64,000 nucleotides of DNA from Cyanophyceae cyanobacterium (GTDB taxonomy: Bacteria; Cyanobacteriota; Cyanobacteriia; Cyanobacteriales; JBHJGN01). The notes under the pieces are model-generated. The model was not told the origin of the DNA and made no database searches. It saw nothing but the letters and a program-made list of their open reading frames with translations. Location of the stretch: the NCBI GenBank assembly GCA_050331735.1, contig JBHJGN010000046.1, positions 19,424 to 83,423 of the forward strand, written 5' to 3'. Shown piece by piece: positions 41,744-51,955 of the stretch (position 1 is the first letter of the stretch; each line of letters begins with the position of its first letter). The position numbers were made by a program, and so were the translations under genes.

Positions 41744-42919
41744 ATGTCTCAACCAATCCAAATTGTGATTCTTGGTGGCGGTTTTGGCGGTCTTTATACC
41801 GCTCTACGCCTCAGCCAACTTCCCTGGACACAACAGCCGGAGATTGTTTTAGTAGATCAGCAAGATCGCTTTCTCTTCTCACCACTCTTATACGAGCTAG
41901 TGACGGAGGAGATGCAAACGTGGGAAATTGCGCCACCGTTCGCCGAGGTTCTCGCTGGGACAGGAGTTCGCTTCATCCAGAGTCGCGTTACTGCAATTAA
42001 CCCCGAAGCTCAGCAGGTTGCCTTAGATAACGGGTCACACCTAGCCTACACCAAGCTAGTTATAGCCATTGGTGGAAAAACTCCCCTCGACATTGTTCCC
42101 GGAGCAGCAGACGACGCCCTTCCCTTTCGGTCCCTCACAGATGCCTATCGCCTTAACGAACGGCTACAGGCCCTCAGAAAAGCTGAAAAAATTAGGATTG
42201 CGGTTGTGGGCGGCGGCTACAGCGGAGTGGAGATTGCCTGCAAGTTAGCAGACAGGCTCAAAGACCAAGGGAGAATCCGCTTAATCGAGCGAGGAGCAGA
42301 CATACTCGCTACTTCCCCGGAATTTAATCGAGAGGCGGCCAAACAAGCGCTTCAGTCTAGACAGGTGTGGCTTGATCTAGAGACTGAAGTAGAGTCCATC
42401 GAATCTGAGGCAATTTCTTTAATTTATAAGGGCAAAGTTGACAAAATTCCCGTTGATATTGTGCTGTGGACAGTAGGGACTAAAGTCTCTCATTTTGTGA
42501 AAGAACTGCCGCTGAAACATAACGAACGCGGTCTACTCGTCACCACTCCTCTGCTACAGGCATTAGACTATCCGGACATTTATGCCCTTGGAGATGTAGC
42601 CGACAATAAGGATGCCTCTGGTCAGCAAGTACCAGCAACCGCCCAGTCTGCTTTTCAGCAGTCCGATTATTGTGCCTGGAATATTTGGGCCTCATTGACC
42701 AACAGACCGTTACTCCCGTTCCGCTATCAGCACCTTGGCGAATTAATGACTTTAGGAACCGACACCGCAACGCTGAGTGGCTTAGGCGTGAATCTCGACG
42801 GTTCTGCGGCCCATCTGGCGCGGCGCTTACTGTACCTATATCGGATGCCGTCTCTCAAGCATCAGCTCAATGTTGGCTTCAACTGGGTGACAAAACCACT
42901 GGTCGAGCTGCTTTCCTAG
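41744..42919 (+). CDS. ndbB: Type II NAD(P)H dehydrogenase, NdbB/NDC1-like
   Basis: GGGFGGLYTALRL, FLFSPLLYEL and PATAQ motifs. Confidence 0.8.
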   Translation: MSQPIQIVILGGGFGGLYTALRLSQLPWTQQPEIVLVDQQDRFLFSPLLYELVTEEMQTWEIAPPFAEVLAGTGVRFIQSRVTAINPEAQQVALDNGSHLAYTKLVIAIGGKTPLDIVPGAADDALPFRSLTDAYRLNERLQALRKAEKIRIAVVGGGYSGVEIACKLADRLKDQGRIRLIERGADILATSPEFNREAAKQALQSRQVWLDLETEVESIESEAISLIYKGKVDKIPVDIVLWTVGTKVSHFVKELPLKHNERGLLVTTPLLQALDYPDIYALGDVADNKDASGQQVPATAQSAFQQSDYCAWNIWASLTNRPLLPFRYQHLGELMTLGTDTATLSGLGVNLDGSAAHLARRLLYLYRMPSLKHQLNVGFNWVTKPLVELLS

Positions 42920-42925
42920 AGAACA

Positions 42926-43609
42926 ATGCCACCAACTGTTATTTTCTTAGATGCCGTTGGCACTCTGTTTGGAATTCGGGGAAGCGTTGGGGAGATTTAT
43001 AGTGCGATCGCCTCCCAAGCCGGAGTTGAAGTTTCTCCTCACCGTCTCGACCAGGCGTTCGTCGCTAGCTTCAAAGCGGCCCCTCGACTCGCTTTTCCGG
43101 GAGTCAATTCAGCACAAATTCCAGCCCGAGAGTTTCAGTGGTGGCAGACTGTTACCCGCACTACTTTTGAGCAGGTCGGCGTTCTCGACCGCTTTGCCGA
43201 TTTCAACCGCTTTTTTACTAGTTTATACGGACACTTTGCTACAGCACACCCCTGGTTTGTCTATCCCGATGTTGTGCCCGCGTTAACCGCGTGGCAGCAG
43301 CAGGGCATTGAGCTGGGCATTATTTCTAACTTTGATACCCGTCTCTATCAAGTCCTCGAACATCTCCAGCTCAAACACTTTTTTAGCAGTATCACCGTCT
43401 CCTCAAGAGCCGGTGCGGCCAAACCAGCATCCTCAATTTTTGCGGCGGCCCTTCGCCAGCATCGCTGTTCTCCCCATCAGGCTTGGCACGTCGGCGATAG
43501 TCAAGCAGAAGACTATCAAGGAGCGGAGGCCGCCGGATTGAGACCGTTCCTGCTCCAGCGTTCTGCTACTCCAGACTACACTCTCAAAAATATTTCCCAG
43601 CTTGTTTAA
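42926..43609 (+). CDS. HAD-IA family hydrolase
   Basis: FLDAVGTL, SNFD, KP and HVGDS. Confidence 0.92.
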   Translation: MPPTVIFLDAVGTLFGIRGSVGEIYSAIASQAGVEVSPHRLDQAFVASFKAAPRLAFPGVNSAQIPAREFQWWQTVTRTTFEQVGVLDRFADFNRFFTSLYGHFATAHPWFVYPDVVPALTAWQQQGIELGIISNFDTRLYQVLEHLQLKHFFSSITVSSRAGAAKPASSIFAAALRQHRCSPHQAWHVGDSQAEDYQGAEAAGLRPFLLQRSATPDYTLKNISQLV

Positions 43610-43667
43610 TGTTTGTTCCCTGATCCGGGCAAAGTAACACTAGGTTGGGATAAAGGGAGAAACTACT

Positions 43668-44528
43668 TTGGATGCCGCAAACTCGCAAAAGATCTTAGGC
43701 TACTTTATCGAAGAAGCAAAAGAACACCTCGTTACCTTAGAAAGGGGCTTACTAGAGCTAGCTTCAGTTATTAAAGACAGCGAACGGATCAACGAAATGT
43801 TTCGCGCTGCTCACTCGATTAAAGGCGGTGCTGCTATGCTTGGCTACGAAAGTATCCAGAAAACGGCTCATCATCTAGAAGATGCGTTTAAAATTCTGCA
43901 AGAAGAAGACGTGACTCCCGATCAGAACTTAGAAGCGTTGTTTTTCGACGGCTATGATGTTCTTCAAGATCTCATCGAGCTATTGCAGAGTCCAAGTGGG
44001 CTTCAGGAAGAGGAAGGCACAGCCATTATTCAAAAAGCTGAGCCCAAGTTCAACGAACTTCAAAATTACCTCAGTCAATCTTTGGGGCAAGAGTCACAGG
44101 GAGCGGATGAAGCCCAAGTGCCGCCAGTGTATCGAAAGCTCAGGCAAATGCTGGTGCTCTTTAGGCAGCCATCGACACCTCAAACGCGGCAGCAGCTTCA
44201 GGATTTGTGTGGCCAGTTGACAGAGGAAACTGACAACGAAGCTTGGCAGACTCTGGTCACTACGGCACAGCAGGCGATCGCGAACCCTAAATATGCTTAC
44301 TCCCTATTGGCTCCCGTCGTGATTACAGACCTCAAGCGCGGTACTGACTCTCTAGAACTCGGTCACGAAATTACACCAAGTCCGGGGCTACAGAAGCTTG
44401 CCGTCGCGCAGCAGCCCCAAATTCTCGTGACGGTGGAACCTCAAGCTGCCGCAACCGCTCTTAAGCAAGCTTTCAATCCGCAGCAGCTCACCCAAATTGC
44501 CGCACTGCTGAGTCACTCTGACCCCTAA
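43668..44528 (+). CDS. Hpt domain protein
   Basis: FIEEA and FRAAHSIKGGAAM; no kinase domain follows. Confidence 0.9.
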   Translation: MDAANSQKILGYFIEEAKEHLVTLERGLLELASVIKDSERINEMFRAAHSIKGGAAMLGYESIQKTAHHLEDAFKILQEEDVTPDQNLEALFFDGYDVLQDLIELLQSPSGLQEEEGTAIIQKAEPKFNELQNYLSQSLGQESQGADEAQVPPVYRKLRQMLVLFRQPSTPQTRQQLQDLCGQLTEETDNEAWQTLVTTAQQAIANPKYAYSLLAPVVITDLKRGTDSLELGHEITPSPGLQKLAVAQQPQILVTVEPQAAATALKQAFNPQQLTQIAALLSHSDP

Positions 44529-44698
44529 GAGCGGACATCCGCTGTTTGAGCCGATGGAGCGCCAACTCGCTTCGGTAAAATTAAGCCAGAGTGAGCTTGA
44601 TAATCTGGAAACTCTGGGTAGCGAGAAAGAGATTGGTCCTTCCTAAGCATATGCGGAACAAACACCGCTGCCGCCACTCCTCCTAGGACGACGATCGC

Positions 44699-45352
44699 TT
44701 AGCGATCGGTCAAGGTCTTTTTGCCGACAGTTTCCGGGACTTCTGTGACAACCCGTAGCTGCTGGCAATCTAAGGTGAGCCAGGGCTGCTGTAGATGTAA
44801 TTTGGCTAAAGGACTAGCATCGGGAATATCTAAATGTCCCTGTAGTAACCCTCCCTTGGCCTCCAGCTTCGCGTTGAACATTAACAGCTCCGCCCCCAAG
44901 CCGCTAAAAACATTGCCGCTAAAGGGCTGTCGCCACCAGCTTGAGAGGCTATACCATTCCTTGGTAAAGTCGAGGCGGCACAGGAGCTCGTCCTGTCGAA
45001 CGCTGACGGAGTTGTTCATCCAGGTAAACTGAGCTAATTCCTTCGGCAGTCCCCAAATTTCTCGACCGCCAGCCACTGAATCTTCGAGATCGACATAAAT
45101 ATGGGAAATCCAGGAGCCAATTCGGTTTTCGTAGCGCACCAGCGCCGCCACCACAATGAGCTCATTATATTTTAGGGTAGAACCCTGTTTATAGGCAGAG
45201 AGATAAACTCCCCCCAAAGTATGTCCCGGCAAAACCGACACGATTTCTAACTCGGACGGAACAAAAATCCGCGCTCGCCGGATATCTAATAAATGAATTG
45301 TCTGAACCGCATGTCCCGTCAGCGTCCAGGGAGCAGCCGGATAACTCGTCAT
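44699..45352 (-). CDS. Acetoacetate decarboxylase family protein
   Basis: YP.APW, Y.EL and GGREIWGLPK. Confidence 0.88.
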   Translation of the reverse strand: MTSYPAAPWTLTGHAVQTIHLLDIRRARIFVPSELEIVSVLPGHTLGGVYLSAYKQGSTLKYNELIVVAALVRYENRIGSWISHIYVDLEDSVAGGREIWGLPKELAQFTWMNNSVSVRQDELLCRLDFTKEWYSLSSWWRQPFSGNVFSGLGAELLMFNAKLEAKGGLLQGHLDIPDASPLAKLHLQQPWLTLDCQQLRVVTEVPETVGKKTLTDR

Positions 45353-45496
45353 TAATCGCAATACTTACTAAATTTACAGTCATGGTAGCTATCATCCCCA
45401 AATCTTCCCGCTCCCGGCATCCATCCCTCGTCAGATTTAAGCTGGACGAATAGCCAACGACTAGCTGAAAGCTGTTAAGTTCTGTACTCCTTTGCT

Positions 45497-46351
45497 ATGT
45501 CTAGTTCTACCGCCACGCTTCTGCTCTCCTGTCCCGATCAACAAGGATTGGTTGCCAAGTTCGCCAATTTCATCTCCGCTAACGGCGGCAATATTATTCA
45601 TGCCGACCAGCATACTGATTTTGGAGCTAATCTGTTTCTAACCCGGCTCGAATGGCAATTAGAGGGATTTAATCTTCCTCGGGAAGCGATCGCCACCGCT
45701 TTTGGGGCGATTGCTCATCCTCTTCAGGCAGACTGGCAACTGCATTTCTCCGATACCCGGCCTCGCCTTGCTATCTGGGTAACTAAGCAAAATCACTGTC
45801 TGCTCGATCTGCTGTGGCGACAGCAGGCTCAAGAACTACCAGCAGAAATTGCTTTAATTATTAGCAACCACGCTGATCTAGAAGCCATTGCTCGCCAGTT
45901 TAACATTGACTTTTATCACTTACCGGTGACGAAAGCAACGAAAGCCAATCAGGAAGCCAAACAGCTAATCCTGCTCCAGCAATACCGCATCGATCTGGTT
46001 GTTCTCGCTAAATACATGCAGATTCTCAGCCCAGAGTTTATCGTTCAGTTTCCGCAGGTACTTAATATTCACCATTCTTTTCTACCAGCTTTTCCTGGAG
46101 CTAATCCCTACGGACGGGCTTACGAGCGAGGTGTAAAAATTATTGGAGCCACTGCTCACTACGTTACCGCTGACTTAGATGAAGGACCGATTATTGAACA
46201 AGATGTTGTGCGGGTCAGTCATCGAGATAGCATTCAGGACTTAATTCGTAAAGGAAAAGACCTAGAAAGAGTCGTGCTAGCCAGAGCCGTTCGTTTGCAC
46301 CTGCAGCATCGCGTACTTGTCTACGGCAATAAAACCGTTGTCTTCGCCTAG
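45497..46351 (+). CDS. purU: Formyltetrahydrofolate deformylase
   Basis: ACT domain; NIHHSFLP, GATAHY and LDEGPII. Confidence 0.97.
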   Translation: MSSSTATLLLSCPDQQGLVAKFANFISANGGNIIHADQHTDFGANLFLTRLEWQLEGFNLPREAIATAFGAIAHPLQADWQLHFSDTRPRLAIWVTKQNHCLLDLLWRQQAQELPAEIALIISNHADLEAIARQFNIDFYHLPVTKATKANQEAKQLILLQQYRIDLVVLAKYMQILSPEFIVQFPQVLNIHHSFLPAFPGANPYGRAYERGVKIIGATAHYVTADLDEGPIIEQDVVRVSHRDSIQDLIRKGKDLERVVLARAVRLHLQHRVLVYGNKTVVFA

Positions 46352-46462
46352 GCACAAGCCATAAACACGAGGAAAAGGACTACTGCCTTACTCCCCGTGC
46401 CCCGTTCGACGTGAACTACCTTCTCACTGCTAATCAGGACGCCATCGTTGAACAATCGCTCG

Positions 46463-46771
46463 TTAGTCTTGATTGTCGGGATAGCGAGGATAAATTTGCT
46501 CGGCTTCTGGACACTCATCAGATACCGATAGGTCAGCATCAAGTTTAGACACAGAAGCTAGCTTCTGTGTAATTGAGCCAATGCTTTCTATCCGAACCAT
46601 TTCCTCCCAAGAGCTAACTTCTTCATCTTCGTCTGTCTCATACCGAATCGTGACCAGGTCGCCTTCGAGAGAGACAATGCAGGCGTTTTCTATCCAGCGT
46701 TGCTGGTCCCGCAAGAAGATACAGACTTCCCGACCCTCTTGACTAAGTTGATAAATCTTGCGGTGTAGCAT
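46463..46771 (-). CDS. Conserved cyanobacterial protein (DUF6679-like)
   Basis: MLHRKIYQL...FLRDQQRWIE; AGGAG RBS. Confidence 0.85.
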   Translation of the reverse strand: MLHRKIYQLSQEGREVCIFLRDQQRWIENACIVSLEGDLVTIRYETDEDEEVSSWEEMVRIESIGSITQKLASVSKLDADLSVSDECPEAEQIYPRYPDNQD

Positions 46772-46914
46772 AAGTTTCTCCTAAGCAGTCTACTGCGTCC
46801 AAATTCATTCGTTTCTAGTCATCCCACCTGCCCAGACGCACAATGACGGCTCTTATTAGCAGTTGGCTGAGCATTCGTGTTGATGCAAGTCTATCGTAGG
46901 TTAGCAGGAATCGG

Positions 46915-47095
46915 AACGATATCCGGCTACGCTGATGAGCGCCAAAACAGCCGGAAGGAGCACTAGTGGGGCTATGGAGGATGTAAATGTCCGCGCCCAC
47001 TAGTGCCTAGTGCCAGCATCGCGACCCGCTCAAAGTAGCCCGTACAGGATGCAGTCAGTTTGGCTGCAGGCCTTTGAGTCTCGTACAAGAATCAC
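46915..47095 (-). ncRNA. Candidate structured leader or sRNA
   Basis: Three consecutive stem-loops in a 550-bp gap; strand inferred from the downstream gene. Confidence 0.4.
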
Positions 47096-47322
47096 CAAAC
47101 GATTAGGCGAAGTTCTTCTGATTACTGCCATATGACAACTAATGCTGAAGCTTTCTTTTATTGTGGCATAATCGTTGAACTAAGTGGGTAAAATTTACCG
47201 AGAAAATCTAGAAGTGATAGCTCGTGCGCTTCAGCTAACTTCCCGCACTGCCCCTACGCTTTACCCCCAGAGACTGCAACAGCGTTCTTCGTCGCTCAGT
47301 AGATAACGACACTGTCACCCAG

Positions 47323-48216
47323 TTACGGCTCAACAGGATACTTTGTCACGGTCTGTAAAATTAGAGAACCGACGGCTTCGGGTTGCTCAACCATTGACAG
47401 ATGACCGCAGTGAGGAATCTCGAAGACATTATCTCCACCATCACCGAACAGAAAATGGAAGCTGGCTAAATGACGAACGTATTGCGGTTCCATGACTCGA
47501 TCTCGGTCACCAGCAATAAAATAGACAGGCTGCTTAAGCCGAGATACAATCTGCGGGAGAAGATGAACTTCTGCTTCGGTGGTCGAATGGAGCAAAGCTC
47601 CCAAAGCCGCTTGCGGATCTGCTCTGACAAAATCGATGACTCTTTGGCTTCCCCAGCAGCGAGCCAGAGGACGCGCTACCATCATTCTCGCAAATGCCAA
47701 GTCAAGGAAGGGAAGATAAACTAACCAGCGAGGCCGCCGCTTGACAAGCTGTTGACCAGCGGTCCGAAAACGCTTGAACTCTTCTTTAAGATAGATGCCA
47801 CCGCCAGAATTTAAACAGATTACCCCTTTCACCTCTTGGGGACAAAGCTCCGCGCTCCAAAGAGCAATGCTGCCTCCGAGAGAATGCCCAAGCAGCCAGA
47901 CGTTGTTAACGTTAAGCTTTTGCAGGAGGATTTTGAGATCTTGGGCATAAGCCGCTAGACTGAAGTCTAAATGAGAACGAGGTGATGGAGAAGCGAAGGA
48001 ATGCGGTTTTTTAGACTCAGAAATGACAGAGTCACCAAATCCTCTAAGATCGTAGGTCAAACACTGATAAACGGGGGACAGTTGCTCTACTAAAGGCTGC
48101 CAGTAGTGGCAGCTCAACAGCCAGCCGTGAACAAATACCAGCACCGGAGACGAGGGATTAGGAGAGGGAGTTAGGCTGTAAAAGTGTTTAACTCCCCGGA
48201 TTTCGATAGTAGCCAT
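47323..48216 (-). CDS. Alpha/beta fold hydrolase
   Basis: FVHGW, DLRGFG, GHSLGG and CGH. Confidence 0.92.
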   Translation of the reverse strand: MATIEIRGVKHFYSLTPSPNPSSPVLVFVHGWLLSCHYWQPLVEQLSPVYQCLTYDLRGFGDSVISESKKPHSFASPSPRSHLDFSLAAYAQDLKILLQKLNVNNVWLLGHSLGGSIALWSAELCPQEVKGVICLNSGGGIYLKEEFKRFRTAGQQLVKRRPRWLVYLPFLDLAFARMMVARPLARCWGSQRVIDFVRADPQAALGALLHSTTEAEVHLLPQIVSRLKQPVYFIAGDRDRVMEPQYVRHLASFHFLFGDGGDNVFEIPHCGHLSMVEQPEAVGSLILQTVTKYPVEP

Positions 48217-48523
48217 AGGCTTATCCTAACTTAGGATAGAGGCATTTGAACATCAGCGATCGCCGCTGAACCAAAGAGCACTAGCCGTCACTCTTAACCG
48301 GGTCAGACTGGATGTCCTCAATGTGCATCTAAGTCAGGAGTATCTGAGCAAGCGGCTAGCGGTTGTGGGTAATTTGGAAAAACCGACGCTCAGAACTGTA
48401 AACTAAACATAGAGGTCAGCTTGTCAGTCTCCATCAGCTGTATCGGCGTTGCTTCGTTTTGCTGAGATGACCGCCTAACGAATACCTTGACACAATTTAT
48501 AAGTAGCTTAGCCATTCACTGGC

Positions 48524-49045
48524 ATGGGTTTCTGGAAAAAATTATTTAACAACGACGCTGTAGCCCCCTCGCAGCCATCTCAATTGACCGGCGATATGCT
48601 TAAGGAAATTCATGACTCTACAGGTCGCTCTCGAATCGTTTTTAGTACGCAAAGAGAAATTGACCTCTATCAACTCGAAGAACTTTGTGATGCAGTGGGG
48701 TGGGCCCGTCGTCCTCTCCGTAAGGTCAAAAAAGCGCTTCAAAATAGTTTTTTGGTTGTTTCCATGTGGGAAGTCAAGGGCACCCAAAAGCGTTTGATCG
48801 GATTTGCCCGGGCTACATCCGACCATGCCTTTAATGCCACAATTTGGGATGTGGTGGTCCACCCAAAACACCAAAGCCAAGGATTAGGCAAGGCATTAAT
48901 GGAATATACCATTAAAAAGTTAAGAGGAGACGACATCAGTAACATTACGCTATTTGCCGATCCCCAAGTGGTTAACTTCTATCAGCGACTCGGGTTTGTC
49001 CTAGATCCTGAAGGAATCAAAGGGATGTTCTGGTATCCAAGATGA
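48524..49045 (+). CDS. GNAT acetyltransferase (Ycf52-like)
   Basis: [17 protein letters not shown] and QGLGK. Confidence 0.92.
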   Translation: MGFWKKLFNNDAVAPSQPSQLTGDMLKEIHDSTGRSRIVFSTQREIDLYQLEELCDAVGWARRPLRKVKKALQNSFLVVSMWEVKGTQKRLIGFARATSDHAFNATIWDVVVHPKHQSQGLGKALMEYTIKKLRGDDISNITLFADPQVVNFYQRLGFVLDPEGIKGMFWYPR

Positions 49046-49198
49046 TGCCTCAAAAAAACCGAAGTAGTTGACGACGAACCCTCAGCAATTCTCGCAGTTA
49101 GCAATCCCTCGCTGAGCGCTAGGCAGTCAGCGAGCAAATTCTGCCAAGTCCCTGTTCAAGCTAGCCGATATTGAGATATAATAGCGTAGTCAAGACTA

Positions 49199-49272
49199 CG
49201 GGATGTAGCGCAGCTTGGTAGCGCGCCTGCTTTGGGAGCAGGATGTCGCAGGTTCAAATCCTGTCATCCCGA
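49199..49272 (+). tRNA. tRNA-Pro (TGG)
   Basis: CGGGATG/CATCCCG acceptor stem; CCTGC-TTTGGGA-GCAGG anticodon arm; GTTCAAATC T-loop. Confidence 0.97.
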
Positions 49273-49501
49273 TATTAGGGAACAAATACGGTTCTAGCGC
49301 GATCTCAGTCACAGATAGCTCGGCTAACCGCTAACGGTAAATTCAACAAAAAAGTTTCTGCGCAGCAACTCTTTAAAGAACAATTAGAATGAGGGTAATC
49401 GCGTCGCAGCCAAGCTTGATACAGCTCGTCTCAGCTCACGATTGCATCCGCCCATCCATTTCTGTAAATCCTGTAAAACTATTGATTGAGGTTAAGCGAC
49501 C

Positions 49502-50278
49502 ATGAAAGCATTACAACGTTGGGGGGCAACCCTAAGTTTGGTAGGAAGTACGTTAATTGCGACTTGGTTTGGTCAAAATTTGAAAGTTCTCGCCCTACCC
49601 ACCGATCAGGTTGTGCAAAAGTTGCGCCCCATTCCTGTTTTTACGATCGCCGACGAACAAGGTCAGCCGCTAGTCGTCACGGTTCCAGCGAATAATGCCG
49701 AATCCGAAGGAGAAGCGGCTCAGGAAAAAGCGCAAATCGTGAGCATCTTTATTAGTCAGCAGGACGCGCAGCAGTTTGTCGAGCGATTGCAGAGCGAAAA
49801 TACCGAACTGGGTAGCCAAGTAACGGTTGGATATATGTCCCTAGGCGATGTTTACAGGCTAGCGCAGGGAGAAGCCAAAGAACAAGGGATCTTCTTTGAG
49901 TTTGTCCCGATGCAGGAAGAAGTAACAGAAGCTCGCACCTTGCTCAGTCAAAACGGTCAGGAGTATAGCGGTGGCGTCCCCTTGTTTGTTGCCAGAGGAG
50001 GAGAGCAGGGATACCTCGTGGCCGAACAAAATAACCAACAGGTCATTCCGTTCTTCTTTGAAAAAGAGCAGCTCCAGCAGAACATCGAAAATCTCAAGCA
50101 ACAACAGCCAGATTTAGCTTCTACCGTGACGATCGAAGTGGTTACGCTAGAGGGAGTGCTATCAACGCTCCAGGAGAAAGACGATGAATTTCTCAACAAA
50201 ATTGTCTTGATGCCGTCTGAGGAGTCGATAGAGTTCCGGCGGAGCCAGTCTCAGCCTCAACCGGAGCAACCGAACTAA
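49502..50278 (+). CDS. Tic22-like protein
   Basis: Signal peptide; KL..IPVFTI.D..G.PL, GVPLF and IPFFF. Confidence 0.9.
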   Translation: MKALQRWGATLSLVGSTLIATWFGQNLKVLALPTDQVVQKLRPIPVFTIADEQGQPLVVTVPANNAESEGEAAQEKAQIVSIFISQQDAQQFVERLQSENTELGSQVTVGYMSLGDVYRLAQGEAKEQGIFFEFVPMQEEVTEARTLLSQNGQEYSGGVPLFVARGGEQGYLVAEQNNQQVIPFFFEKEQLQQNIENLKQQQPDLASTVTIEVVTLEGVLSTLQEKDDEFLNKIVLMPSEESIEFRRSQSQPQPEQPN

Positions 50279-50285
50279 GCCCGAA

Positions 50286-51248
50286 GTGTCACTAACGATA
50301 CCGGGAAGGGAGCTAGCGGTCTGGCGACATCAGGCCATTAGGGAGGCGGTCGCCGCCGCTGTCTCGCCCCAAGAAGTAGACTGGTTTCTTCAGGAAGTAA
50401 CGGAGCTAGATCGCTTATCTCTACGTCTAGAATCGTTTAGAGAGCGCACTGTCACTCTTAAACGTCCATTGACGGTTCTCACCGAGCAATGGCAGCATCG
50501 TCTCCAGGAGCGGATTCCCCTTCAGTACCTAGTTGGCACCGCTCCCTGGCGCGACTTTAAGCTTCAGGTTTCTCCCGCCGTCCTAATTCCCCGGCCAGAA
50601 ACCGAGCAGCTTATAGACCTGGCCAAATCTGCTGTGGAGCAGTCCCCGCTAGCAGCAGGACCGTGGGTAGACCTAGGCACCGGTAGCGGCGCCATTGCTC
50701 TCGGACTCGCCGCGGCTTTTCCCCACGCGACTGTCCATGCGGTTGACTGTAGCCAAGCCGCTTTAACAATTGCCCAAGAAAATGCCGCTCGCCTTGGTTT
50801 AGAGCACCGCATCCGCTTTTATCTTGGCTCGTGGTGGTCGCCTTTAGAAGAACTGAAAGGTCAGGTTTGCGGCCTAGTTGCTAATCCCCCCTATATCCCG
50901 ACCGCTTTAATAGCAGAACTACAGCCAGAGGTCGCCCATGAGCCTCAGTTGGCCCTCGACGGCGGACAAGATGGACTCAGCCACATCCGCCATCTCGTTC
51001 ACTCCGCTCCTCATTATCTGGTTCCTGGAGGCATCTGGTTAGTAGAAATGATGGCCGGACAAGGCGAAGCCGTGCGCCACCTGCTCGCTCAGCAAGGCAG
51101 CTACTCCCAGATTCAAATCATTCCAGATTTAGCGGGATTAGACCGCTATGCCCTGGCGCAGGTCAGCAACCCCGTTACGTCCGTAGATGATAGCTCCTTG
51201 GCTGCCTCTGACTTCGTGAATCAGTCGAGTCAAAAAACATACTCCTGA
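50286..51248 (+). CDS. prmC: Release factor glutamine methyltransferase
   Basis: LIPRPETE, DLGTGSG and NPPY. Confidence 0.96.
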   Translation: MSLTIPGRELAVWRHQAIREAVAAAVSPQEVDWFLQEVTELDRLSLRLESFRERTVTLKRPLTVLTEQWQHRLQERIPLQYLVGTAPWRDFKLQVSPAVLIPRPETEQLIDLAKSAVEQSPLAAGPWVDLGTGSGAIALGLAAAFPHATVHAVDCSQAALTIAQENAARLGLEHRIRFYLGSWWSPLEELKGQVCGLVANPPYIPTALIAELQPEVAHEPQLALDGGQDGLSHIRHLVHSAPHYLVPGGIWLVEMMAGQGEAVRHLLAQQGSYSQIQIIPDLAGLDRYALAQVSNPVTSVDDSSLAASDFVNQSSQKTYS

Positions 51249-51282
51249 CTTCTGACTCCTGACTTCTAACTGTCAACTTCTG
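51242..51282. repeat. Heptamer short tandem repeat (STRR-like)
   Basis: CTCCTGA CTTCTGA CTCCTGA CTTCTAA. Confidence 0.7.
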
Positions 51283-51352
51283 CTGTACAGTAGGTGACAA
51301 GGCAGTTAACCGTTTTTTTGCTATTACTCGCTATCCTTAAGATGTTTAATCG

Positions 51353-51949
51353 ATGACCCTTGTTTCTCAAGCTGATTTGGTAGCAGGAGCGCTCGCTGGT
51401 CAAGTCGTTAGTTTTCCCACCGATACGGTTCCGGCCTTAGCGGTTCTTCCAGAGTGCGCTGGTCTCATCTTTGCGCTGAAAAAGCGTCCTCCTCACAAAC
51501 CACTAATTCTTATGGCAGCAACGGCAGATGAGCTGTGGACTTATACTTCTGGTACAGCCGCAGAGCAGCAAATTTGGCAGCAGGTCGCTCGACAGTATTG
51601 GCCAGGAGCGCTAACGTTAGTGTTACCCGCTTCCTCGCAGTTACCCGCCGCGATTAATCCTTGCCACTCAGCAACTATCGCGGTGCGAGTTCCGTCTGAC
51701 GATCTAGCCTTGACAATCCTTGCTCAAACAGGTCCATTGGCAACGACCAGTGCTAATTTGTCAGGAGAGCCTCCTCTAGAGACGATGACGGCGATAGAAG
51801 CAAAATTCCCCGACATTTTGATTTTAGATGACTCTCAGCATCAGAAAAAACGCGGATGCGGACTGCCTTCTACCTTGGCACAATGGACAGGTCAGGAGTG
51901 GAAAATTCTCCGTCAGGGTGGCATTAGGGCTATTGAAATTCGTCGGTAA
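51353..51949 (+). CDS. tsaC: L-threonylcarbamoyladenylate synthase
   Basis: FPTDTV, WPGALT and TTSANLSG. Confidence 0.92.
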   Translation: MTLVSQADLVAGALAGQVVSFPTDTVPALAVLPECAGLIFALKKRPPHKPLILMAATADELWTYTSGTAAEQQIWQQVARQYWPGALTLVLPASSQLPAAINPCHSATIAVRVPSDDLALTILAQTGPLATTSANLSGEPPLETMTAIEAKFPDILILDDSQHQKKRGCGLPSTLAQWTGQEWKILRQGGIRAIEIRR

Positions 51950-51955
51950 GATGCA

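Noticed and set aside
49199..49330. tRNA-Pro as a possible integration site
   Set aside because: No duplicated tRNA 3' end or integrase seen; flanks are core genes
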